Below are positions 1-16,236 of a stretch of DNA of 64,000 nt, piece by piece; the stretch's first letter is position 1; each line of letters begins with the position of its first letter. The translations under genes were made by a program, and so were the position numbers. The DNA is from the human T2T-CHM13v2.0 reference genome, Homo sapiens: NCBI RefSeq assembly GCF_009914755.1, contig NC_060925.1, one strand, 5' to 3'. Below the pieces are notes generated by a model, which saw only the letters and a program-made list of their open reading frames with translations, was not told where the DNA came from and searched no databases.

Positions 1-82
1 GCCCTTACTTTTTATATAAATTGACAATTATTTATTTATAATTTTATTTTGCTCAAGGAACTCAGTTCAAGTATTTCTTTTC

Positions 83-2720
<2,638 letters not shown>

Positions 2721-3241
2721 AAAATAAAATAAAATAAGGATATGAGTGGAGGGTTGGCCATGGACAGAAGGAGGCCCACATCTTCTAAAAAAGAAGAAAG
2801 GACAGATGCAAATAAAGAGAAATTATGAGATAGAGAGGAGGTAAACTGAAAATCCAGTAGGATTGCTTTGGTTTCTGTAAAGTGACGAGAAAAAAGAAAA
2901 GGTTTCAGGTTGCAAGAGGACCCAGTTAAGGTGGGACAACAGGAATCTGTACTGGAACCAGTATGTCTAGTTTTGTGACTTTGTTCCACAGCCAAGGAGC
3001 AAAAAGGGAGGAAGCTCACCATGTGGTTTGCTCAAGATGGGGCTCATCATATTGAGAGCCTTTGGCACCAAAGGCACGGCTGAGCAGCCTTTGGCATATA
3101 TATCAATTATTGATCCTTAAGGTCACTGTTGTCGGCTTCCTACTCCTCCCCATTGTATATTTTTACTTCCTTTTTTACTTTCTCCTAGTCTCCAGTTCTT
3201 TTTTTCCTTGCACTTTTCCTTAGGTTTTACAGTAACCACAG

Positions 3242-4175
<934 letters not shown>

Positions 4176-4549
4176 TGAAAAAACACTGGGGCCCTCAGGC
4201 ATGACCCCTCTACATTATGTGCTACCTAGGAAAATCTGGGCCTGGGCCCAGGACACAGAACTTGGTGAACGAGGCCAGAGGGTGTGCCACACACCTCCAG
4301 TGGGCACTCTGGACTTCAAGGTAGAAGAGGTCCTGGCTTTCAAAGCAAATCGTGTGCCCCACCTCCCCGCGCCTGCCTGCCTCTGCAAATGCCTGTCAGT
4401 TCGACCCTCAGAGATGGGCGAAGCCTGGGGAATTACAGACTGCCAGAAGTAGATCACGAAGTCCACCACCTGAATCTCGGCGTTTGGCACCGTGCCTGGT
4501 ACACAGTGGACGCCCAACAAACGGCTTGCTTGCAGAACAGAAAGAGCCC

Positions 4550-5260
4550 TCGAGTGCGCGTCTGCTGGCCCCCTCTTTGTGCAGAAGGGAAAAGGGAGAC
4601 TGGGAGGGCCGGGGACCTGCGGGGCCCCGCCGCGGGTCAGAGCTGGGCCTCCGGCCAAGCGCCATCCCGGGCCCAGGCGGAGGGGGCGCTGCGGCGGGAG
4701 GCCGCGGCGGGCGGTGGCGGCGGGCCGGGGGCGGAGCGATGGCGGGGCCGCCCCAGTGAGTGAGCGAGCGAGCGCCGCGCGCGCCGCCGCTGCCACCTCC
4801 GCTGCTCGGCCCGGTCCCGGAGTGGCCCGGCCGGCCCGCGGGGCGCGGAGCCGAGGCCCGCGGCTGGCTGCATGAAGGACTGCGAGTACCAGCAGATCAG
4901 CCCCGGGGCCGCCCCGCTGCCCGCCTCCCCGGGGGCGCGCCGTCCCGGCCCCGCCGCGTCCCCGACTCCGGGCCCCGGGCCCGCGCCGCCCGCCGCCCCC
5001 GCCCCGCCGCGCTGGAGCAGCAGCGGCAGCGGCAGCGGCAGCGGGAGCGGGAGCCTCGGCCGCCGCCCACGGCGCAAGTGGGAGGTGTTCCCGGGTCGCA
5101 ATCGCTTCTACTGCGGCGGCCGCCTCATGCTGGCCGGCCACGGCGGCGTCTTCGCGCTCACGCTGCTGCTCATCCTCACCACCACCGGCCTCTTCTTCGT
5201 CTTTGAGTGAGTTCCGCTGCCTCGGCGCCCCCTCCCAGCCCCCTGCCGCGCACCCCACCT
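4550..5260. promoter_or_regulatory. ZDHHC18: CpG island / TATA-less promoter of ZDHHC18
   Basis: Very high GC and CpG density with GC boxes (e.g. GGGGGCGGAG near 4726-4736) spanning the upstream region and exon 1; boundaries approximate. Confidence 0.85.
4872..5206 (+). CDS. ZDHHC18: ZDHHC18 coding exon 1 (Pro/Ala- and Ser/Gly-rich N-terminus, first TM segment)
   Basis: ATG at 4872 inside a CpG island; reads [12 protein letters not shown]...[20 protein letters not shown]...LFFVF; donor GA|GTGAGT at 5206/5207; 335 nt. Confidence 0.96.
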
Positions 5261-6349
5261 TCCCAATCCCTGCTGGGCACTCCGTGCCTTCCCCTTCGCC
5301 TCCCTGGTCCTCATCCTCCCCGCCCCTTTGGGATCCTCCTCGGGCCTCTTGTCTGCCCCCCTGGCCCCTGCGCACCCCCATCCCCGCCAGATGCCCCATC
5401 CTCCTTGGTCCATTTGGGTACCCCATCCGCGCTGGTGCCCTCCACCCTCCCAGCCCCTCCATTCTCCCTGACCCCACCCTGGCACCTGTCTGCCTGCCAC
5501 TGCCAGGAACACCAGCCTCCATGCCCCTCCACGGCCCCCATCCTCGCTGCCCTCTCAGAACCTGCCCCAGGGCTTCTTGAACAGGCCCCTCCTGCTCACC
5601 CATCCCTGGACCATCTCTTGCCAACCCCCCAAGTTCTTTCTGACCCTTGTATCCCTTCCTGACCACTTCTAGATCTTGTGTGTCCTTTGGCTGTGCACAC
5701 CCACCATAAACATCCTAGTCATCCTCGCTGCCCTCTCCGGGTCCCTCCAGGGTCCCCTCCTTTTCTCTAGTCTCAGACACCAACCCCGCTTTTGCTTCCC
5801 CTCAGCCACGCACACCCTAGGCCCCAAGGCATCTTTTCTCAAAATCTTTGGGCCTCTCGGGCCCCCTTTCCTTCTCCAGAACCTTCCTTAGGTTCTCCAG
5901 AGCTTCCTGTCCTTCCCTCAGATCCCGCCCGCCTCCACCCAGCCGGCTCCCAGGCCCCTGGCCCCCCTGCTGACCACCTGGCTTTCTTTCCCTGCTCAAC
6001 ATTCTGGAACGTCCCTCTGGCCTGTTCCACATCAGCAACAGCTGCGGTGCCTTGTTGTTTTTCAGGAAAGACTTCGGAGTGCTTTCGTGTGACAGGTCAT
6101 ATTTGCCCCCCTAGGTTTTTGTCCTCTTCATATCCCCCGGTGACCCAGGATTGGCCCACACATAATCTCCATTTTATGGATGGAGGGTCATATATTTGTA
6201 TTAGAAGTTTTCCACCCACCTCTGAGCCACCTGCACTGTGATTCCTTGCACACACACTCACACGCCCACCCACCCACCCTTGCTTCATAAGCCCTGCTGT
6301 CCCCTCCCAACTCCCCATCCTTTGTGGTTGTTCCTCTTAATTATACAGT

Positions 6350-6570
6350 GTAGTTAAGAACTCTAACAGACCTGGTTCAAATCCCAGCTCCACCACCCAC
6401 TAATTGCGTGACCTCAGGGCAGTCACTTCACCCCCTCAGTGCCCCAGTTTCCTCATCAGTAAAATGGGATTTATAATAGTACCCACCCCGTAAGGTTGTC
6501 CTGAGGGTGGCATGAGGTCACACATGCAAGCTTTTAGCCCAGTAACAAGCACACTATGTTGGCTGCTATT
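6350..6570 (+). mobile_element. MIR element (one of several; others near 8320-8530, 10900-11090, 16640-16780)
   Basis: MIR core: ggttcaaatcccagctccaccac...gtgacctcagggcagtcactt...cagtttcctcatcagtaaaatggg. Confidence 0.7.
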
Positions 6571-8539
6571 AGTACTTGTGTTGTCTTTATCAAAAAACAC
6601 TTCCCAAGGGCATGTGGCCATGGTAAGGCTATCATAGAGACACCCGCCCCCAGGTACCCTTTCTAGCTGCCAGATCATGTATCTGCAACTTTGGGTTTCC
6701 CCTTGAAGCAAGGTGAAGACTTCCTATAAATTAGCTTCTCCCTTTACCCTTTAACCACACACTCTGCCCTTTTTTTTGAGTAGGGTGGATAAAAAGTTCA
6801 GGGATGATTTACAAGCAGAAGCTCTGGGGGGCCCAGAGCTCAGCTCTGGGCTGAGTTTCAGATCCACTTCCCTGGGCTGGCCACATGAGTGTTTTGGAAA
6901 TGCCTTTTCTAGTATCCCCTGGGCTGCCCTCTCAGTCCCCACACCCAGGGCTGCAGCCGAGGCAGGAGGAAGCAGTACTTGCCGTGGTTGACCCACATGA
7001 CCCTGCAGTGTGATATCTGGCCTAACTTCTGAACTAGAAGCAGGACCTTCTCTGGGTTGACCGGGTATCTTCACTGGTGACTGTTTTGTCCCCAGCGAGG
7101 GAGAAAGCAAGGACTTCTGGGTTTGGGGAGAGCTCGTGAACCATGTTGCAGTTTGTCCCCGCTTGTCCTCATTGGGGGCTGGTAGATTGGCAGAAGAGTT
7201 TGGGTTTGGGCCGAGAGCTCACCTGGGTCTGGACTGGATGCTCCCCATTGCTCTGGGAAAAGGTAAGGTGCTCTCTAAGCCTTTCCTGCTATGAATGGCT
7301 TTGCTTCTTTGTTTGGCTTGGTGGATTGTTGCACAGGCCTCCAGCAGGGCTCCCAACTTCTGCCTTACTTCTCGCCCCCACACAACAGCCAGAGTGCCCT
7401 TTTGATTCTAACTCAGGCCTGAATCCTCCCTGGCCTCTGTCCCCTGCTGTCTTCTGTCCCCGTCTTCCCTCCAGGCATGTCATCCTCCGTGCACACTCCT
7501 ACCTCTGGGCCAGTGCTTGGAATCCCCTTCCTGCAGGTGGCCTCATGGCTCACTCTCTCACATTAGGCCTCCCCTGTCCATCCGCACAGCATAGCAAACC
7601 ACTCCCCTCCTGCACCTCTCTTCTCCCCTCATTTATCGCTCTCTGAAGCATTTGCCACCACCTGACATATTATGGTATACTTGTTAGTTTCTGGTCTTTG
7701 CCCATGAGAGCAGGACATTCTCCTCTGTTGCACCCTTAGTGCCTAGAACTCGCACCTGGTATGCAGTAGGTGCTCAATACTTATTGAATGAATGAATTGA
7801 CAGTGTATTTGAATTAATTGACAGTGTATTTGCTGGGAGGCTGGAAACCCTAGTTCTGTCATTGGCTGGCTAGATGACCTTGAACCTAGCTGTGGGCCTG
7901 GGAGAGCTGTTAGCCTCTGGCAAATCAGGAGGCTAGGACTTGGTGGTTCCTGCAGGCTCTACAAGTCTTAGATTTCAAGTCTTCTCTGTCCCCCCACACA
8001 AGTCTGATTGCATATGAACTGGATTCATTGCCATGTGGGTGACACTGAGCGCCCACTGGTTCTGTTTGAGGGTCAGACCCAGAAACCATTGAGATGTATG
8101 GAGCAGAGTGTGACCCACTGGGAGCCCTTGGCCTTGGCAGTCTGCTCCTCAGGGGAAGGGCTTCTCTGAAGGCCAGAGCATCTGATGACGGAGACTTCAG
8201 AAGCAGCATGCAGGTGCCCACAGGTGTGTGCCTACTGTGCCACTCCTGGAAGCTTGGTTGATCTCAGGCCTCCCAGGGCCCCGTCATCTCCTTACCTGAT
8301 CAGGTGCTACTCTGGCTATGGGGTGATGGTTAAAAGTATGAACCTCAAAGTCAGACCTGGCTTGGGTCCCACTTTAGCACTCCTGAGCCATGTGACCTTG
8401 GGCAGATTACTTAAACTCTCTGAGCTCTAGTTTCTTCATCTGTAAAGTGGGGAGCATAACTTCACAGGGTCCCAGTGAGGATTTGATGAGAAAGTACACA
8501 GGAACTGCTTAGCCTGGTACCTGGCCCATCCAGGTACAG

Positions 8540-8624
8540 TAGTACAGTAACTATCTGTAGATAGTACAGTAACTATCTACATAGTACAGTAACTATCTGT
8601 ACATAGCACAGTAACTATCTGTAC
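8540..8624. repeat. Minisatellite, 4 copies of a 20-22-bp unit (TAGTACAGTAACTATCTGTACA)
   Basis: Units start at 8540, 8562, 8582 and 8604. Confidence 0.9.
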
Positions 8625-8653
8625 TTTGGATGTTGCTAACAGTAGTTTATTAA

Positions 8654-8971
<318 letters not shown>

Positions 8972-9169
8972 TAGCTGGGATTACAGGCACATGCTACCAC
9001 ACCCTGCTAATTTTTCTGTTTTTATTAGAGATGGGGTTTCATCTTATTGGTCAGGCTGGTCTCGAACTCCTGACCTCAGGTATCCGCCCACCTCAGCCTC
9101 CCAAAGTGCTGGGATTGCAGGCGTGAGCCACTGCGCCTGGCCAAGCTTATGTTTTAGTGAGAGAAAAAT

Positions 9170-9600
9170 AGCCATCACATAGACAAGTAGCTGAAATCTA
9201 TACTAAATGTTATACAGGAAAGAAAGAGCATTGAAGTTCACTGTGTACAGAGTTGTCAAGGTAGGTCCTTCTGAGGAGGGAAGAGGAATCTGAGAAAAGG
9301 AACAGCAAGTGCAAAGGCCCTGAGGTAGGAGAGAGCCAGGCTTGTTATAGGAACTGTCATGGGCTATTGTGATGGGAGGAGCAGGAGCAAGACGAGAGTT
9401 TTGTAGAATGAGGCTGAAGTCCTCAGTAGGGCCCAGATCATGCCTGGCCTAGAAGGCCATGGTAGGGAGTTTGGATTGTATTCAAACTATATGGAAAGCA
9501 ATTGGGAGGTTTTAAGCAGGGAAATGACATGATCTGATTGACATTTCCAAAAGTGGCTCTGGCTTCTGGGTGGACAGTGAGGTGACAACAGAGAGGATTG
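9170..9600. mobile_element. L2 fragment (others near 7640-7800, 11120-11400, 27890-28240, 60800-61480)
   Basis: L2-like text: aacagcaagtgcaaaggccctgagg...aaggccatggtagggagtttgga...ttttaagcagggaaatgacatgatctgatt; boundaries approximate. Confidence 0.6.
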
Positions 9601-10507
9601 GCCATAGAGAGAGAGCCCTGATAGCTTCACTATCATGAAGCCATTCTCCCACCAGTGTCCAGAACTTCTAGAATGTTCTAGCCCTAAGATGGAGGAGGGA
9701 GCTTGAAGAGGGCTGTGGTAGGCAGCCTCCCTGGGGGACAGAGGCATGACCATTCAGCAGGCACAGGCTATTCTCTGAGGCAGCCAGGGTCAGGGGGTCT
9801 GAAAGCACTGCCTTGGGGATACCTGCCTACCTTGGGTCACAGTGACAGTGGCTGGACCATGCAGTTCCCCCAGCCCTCTACTCATTCTTCAGGTTGGAGC
9901 TTAGGATTGTCTCCTTCAGGTTGCCTTTCCTGACTGTGCTACTGCGTTCCCCTCCCCCACTAGAGCACACATCACCCTGTGTGGCAATTCCCTGTTTACA
10001 TGTCTTGTTTTCCCCACTAGACCATAAGCCACAAGGGGGAGGGACTCTTGTCTTATCCGTCGTCATTATTCCTGCTGCTTATTGAAGGTGTTGCCTGCCA
10101 CAGAGAAGACCTCAGTAAATATTTGTGGACTGAGTGAGTGAATGAATGAGTGAATGAACACTGCAGGATGGTTTGTCTCAGGTGACAGTCCACTAGTGTC
10201 TGCCTGAAGCTCTGTGTGTAGAGGGATTCTCTGGATGCAGAGGTTAGGAGTGCTGGGATCTATTGGACACATCTGCCATGTGCTCTGGAGGAAAGTATAT
10301 CACAAGGATCAATTAGTGATGTCTGTTCCCGGTACTTATTGGGGAGTGGCTGCACTCATCAAGGAGCTGTGCCTCTGCCTCAGAGCGAGGCTGTATTCAA
10401 GATTTTGGTGGTGGTTGTTGGAATGACAGCGCCTGCCACGTGCTGTAGCCCTGTGCCGCAGGGAGCCCTTGGGGTGTCTGCTGATCTCTCTCCATCTCTC
10501 GTTCTAG

Positions 10508-10668
10508 CTGTCCCTACCTGGCTCGCAAGCTGACCCTTGCCATCCCCATCATCGCTGCCATCCTCTTCTTCTTCGTCATGAGCTGCCTGCTGCAGACAAG
10601 CTTCACCGACCCTGGGATCCTGCCCCGGGCCACTGTCTGTGAAGCAGCCGCCCTGGAGAAACAGATCG
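10508..10668 (+). CDS. ZDHHC18: ZDHHC18 coding exon 2
   Basis: Acceptor ctctcgttctag|C; encodes (D)CPYLARKLTLAIPIIAAILFFFVMSCLLQTSFTDPGILPRATVCEAAALEKQI including the DHHC-family DPG motif; donor G|GTGAGG; 161 nt, phase fits exon 1. Confidence 0.95.
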
Positions 10669-13468
10669 GTGAGGTTTCTACTCCCAGCTGAAGCTGGGTC
10701 TCCATAGCTCCACATTCCCTGACTTGGGAGGAGGCCTGGTTTTCTCTTCCAAAACTATACTAGGAACTGGGGATGCAGTCGTGAGCAAGGCAGGCTGGAG
10801 CTGACACTGGCACAGAGGGAGACAGATGATCAACAAGTGAGCAAATAAGTAAGCAAGAAATGCTGGCCAGCCAGCAAAGGCCCCGATGGCAGCCAGCGTG
10901 GAGCTGAGTAGTTCCTGGGGGCTAGGCACTGTTTTAAGCTCTTTATATGCATGATCTTATTTAATCCCCCAGTAATCCTATGAGGTAGGTACTGTTGTTA
11001 TTCTCCTTTTACTGATTAATTAAATCAAGGCAAAAGAGGGTCCAAGATCACAAAGTAAGTAGAAGAGCTGAGATGAGACCTCAGTCTAGAGCACCTGCTC
11101 TTAAACATTCATATACACTTATTCATTCACTCATCAAACATTTATTGACCCCCTACTATGTGCCAGGCACTTTTCTAGATGTGATACAGCAGTGAACAAA
11201 ACTGACAATAGTCCCTGTCCTCATGGAGCTTGACAGTTGAGGAGGAGGAAAGAGACAATAAATAACAAATAATTAAATATCTAGGATATCAGACAGAGAA
11301 GAAAGGAGGGAAGGAGGATGAAGGCTACAGGGAGGGTGTGTGATTTTACATAGGGTGGCCAGGGAACATCTTGTGAAGGAGGTGACATCTGAGCAAAGAA
11401 GCACCGGCCTGAACAGATGAGGGCTTGACGGTGGGGTTATCTAGGGAAGAGCCCAGTAGGTGTTGGGGAGTGGGCTAGTTTAGGTCAGGTGGTCAGGGGA
11501 GACCTCTAGGAGGAGGCGGCACTGGAGATGAGTGTGGTAGAAATACGGGGATCTGGGAAAAGTAAGGCCAAAGCCCAGAGTGGCAAACAGCCTGGGCGTG
11601 TGTGAGGAACGGCAGTGGCTGGAAAGACCCTGTGCTCCCAGGCAGCCCAGGTGGCCCTTGATTCCTTTCAGACTGCTGTGTGGGTTCCGGGGTGGCGGGG
11701 TACTGGGCCAGGTCCCTAATCTCAGCTTGCTGCACCCCAGCTCTTCCTGCTGAGAAGTGACGTGGCTACTTGCACACCTCGGGGGTTTCCGGTCCGTGGT
11801 TAGCTCCTTCCCCTAACAGCATGGTGTTCACACAGGCTTTTAAACACCCAGCTGGCCCTGAAGACATCTAGTGGCCTGTAAATGTCAGAGCCCTGCTGCA
11901 TCCATCGCTAGAAATCATTTCACTAATACTCTGTGCAGCAGGGAGGGAGGGAGGGCGAGCAGCTGGAGAGGATGTTCTCTGGGCTCTGTCTGCTCTTTGT
12001 CTCATTCCTCTGCCCAGCCCCATCCTCAGCCACGCCTGCGAGGGCCACCTCCTCTCACCTACATCCAGCGTCCTACCCCTTCAAACTCTGGGTCCCTGGC
12101 CACTCCTTCAGGATCCCACGGTCTGACCTGGGCTGGCCCACCTGGCAGCTGGGGAGGCCCAGCTGTGCCCCGTTCTTCCTCCCCTTCTGGTCAGGGCTAA
12201 TCATGAGGCAGGATTATTGTCCAGCTCAGCCGGACCCAGAGGTCTGGCTGCCTGGAATCCTCGGCCTCCTGTGAGCTGCGTGGATCACAGTGACAGCAGT
12301 AATCCCCTTCTTGGAAAGAGCTTGGCCGTGTGCTGAGTGCTTTCCATCTATTATCCCCTCAAATCTTCACAACAGCCCAGTGAGGGCGACCCTGTTAACC
12401 AATTGTACTGATGGAGAAACGGAGGCAGGTGATCACAGGGCCAGGATAAAGAAGCAGAGACAGAGTGTGTGCCTTTCACTCCCAAACCCCTTGCTTTCTC
12501 TTCTGAGATGGCAGCAGGGACACATCTCCTTCATCCTCTTCTCCACTTGTTTCCTGTGCTCTGGGAAGCCTTCTTGACCCCAGTTGGGCCAGGCCTTCCA
12601 TTGCACATTCCCAGAGCACCTTCTCCTTCCTTCTCTGAACCTGTGCTGCAACGGTGGTCATTACAAAATCATCCTTTCTGCTGGCCTGTGAGGGCATGGA
12701 ATTCCAGCATCTTGTTCACCTTGTCGCCATGTAGAAGGCTCAGTGACGTTGGCTAAATGAGTAAATGAATGACTGAAGAATAGGTGAGCTTCTGTGAAGG
12801 CCCTCCTTGCTCTGTCAGGGTGACAGGTGAGGAAACAGTCAGGACATCTCCCAGTTGGGCATCATGGGTTTGTTCATTTGTGTGTTAATTCTATATGCTG
12901 ACCCCTGACAGCAGAGTGAAGGCAGGTGGGGGCCAACAATGAATCTGATAGGAGCTTACTCTCATGGGTTCCAGACAAGTTGGCCCCAGGTGGGAGCCCT
13001 GACCAGCCACTGCCAGTGAGATCAGGCTTTAGAAGAGGGTCAGAGGAGTCAGGAGCATCTTCTGCCTGGGGGACTGGAGAAGCTTCCTGGAGAAGTGATG
13101 CTTGAGCTAAGTCTTTAAGTTTGGGTGGAATTCAAGCACAGGAGCTGTGCGGAGGCAGCCCTTCAGGCAGACAAAGCTGAGGGAAGAGAGAGTGGCAGAG
13201 GGAAGGAGGAGGGATGGGAACGGGCCACTGAGCAGGCCATGTTGGCTAGAATATGAGGAGCACTTCAGATAGTTAGGGATATTAGAGATATTCCAGTTGG
13301 AAGGATGGGGTGGAATCAATCTTGTAGGGCGCTGAATGTCCCTAAGACTTTTCTTGGCGAACAGGTGCAAAGTGCAAAAGTGGCATTTTGGAGGCCTTTG
13401 AATTCTCAAACTTGAATAGAAGCCAAATTTTTGGGTGTGACCAGGAGACTTCTAACTAATTAAAGTAA

Positions 13469-13886
<418 letters not shown>

Positions 13887-14003
13887 TTACCTGGTCCTAG
13901 GCTCATGTAGACAGTGTGGGCTTTTCCCTTTGGCACCCCAGCCCAGCAACTCCAGCCCAACAGGTCTGGCCCAGGGCTCCTGCCCTGTGGGGACAGTCTG
14001 AGG

Positions 14004-14105
14004 TAGAGTGACCAGCTCCTCCCAGTTTACCCAGGACCACCTGGAAAGTCTCCTGTCTTAGGAAACCACTCAATCCCAGGAAAATCAGGGCACTCGGTCA
14101 CCCTC
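14004..14105. mobile_element. MER81-like hAT-Blackjack MITE
   Basis: Ends tagagtgacc...ggtcaccctc; degenerate 8-bp TSD gtctgagg / atctgaga. Confidence 0.6.
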
Positions 14106-14455
14106 ATCTGAGATCCTGTCTTGCCGGCTGGTGGGCTGTGCAGCTGGCTCACCCTGCAGGCTCTAGGCAGTTGGGAAGAGCAATATTGCTCCCAGAAGCT
14201 CCTGGTCTGATGGGAGGTGATAGAGACATCCAAATCCAAGTGACAGATGCTCACTTAGACCCTGTTACAGTTCACATGACGGACACAGAGGCTGCGTCTC
14301 TCTCCACTGCCATACACCAGCTCCCAGACCCCATCTCCTTTGTCTCCAGGACGTCTCTGCCCACTTCCCCTGGACAGACCTGCCTCGTGTTCCACCTGAA
14401 CTGGCTCAGGGCTCTGCAGAACAGGCCCTGACTGGGCCTTTCCCTTCAATTGTAG

Positions 14456-14834
<379 letters not shown>

Positions 14835-15090
14835 TAGCCAGGATGGTCTCGATCTCCTGACCTTGTGATCCGCCCGTCTCAGCCTCCCAAAGTGCTGGGA
14901 TTACAGGCATGAGCCACCGCATCTGGCTGTACCTTCATTTCTTTAGTATTTTCCTCCTAAATGGCTCATCTTTAAATATATATGTATAATATATATATTT
15001 CATATACATTAAATATATATTAAATGCAGCTGGGCGCAGTGGCTCATGCCTGTAATCCCAGCACATTGGGAGGCCGAAGCAGGTGGATCA

Positions 15091-16026
<936 letters not shown>

Positions 16027-16078
16027 TGATCCAGCTTTGCTGTTACTTCTTTTGTTGCTTGCTTTTTTTTTTTTTTAA

Positions 16079-16236
<158 letters not shown>

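Noticed and set aside
4215-5666. 483-aa minus-strand ORF antisense to ZDHHC18 exon 1
   Set aside because: Low-complexity Gly/Arg/Ala/Pro translation of a CpG island where stop codons are scarce; non-ATG start and no recognisable domain
7795-7832. 17-bp direct repeat aattgacagtgtatttg
   Set aside because: Simple slippage duplication at an L2 tail with no sign of function
8540-8624. Possible CRISPR-like array
   Set aside because: Tandem repeats with no unique spacers, in human intronic DNA, with no cas genes
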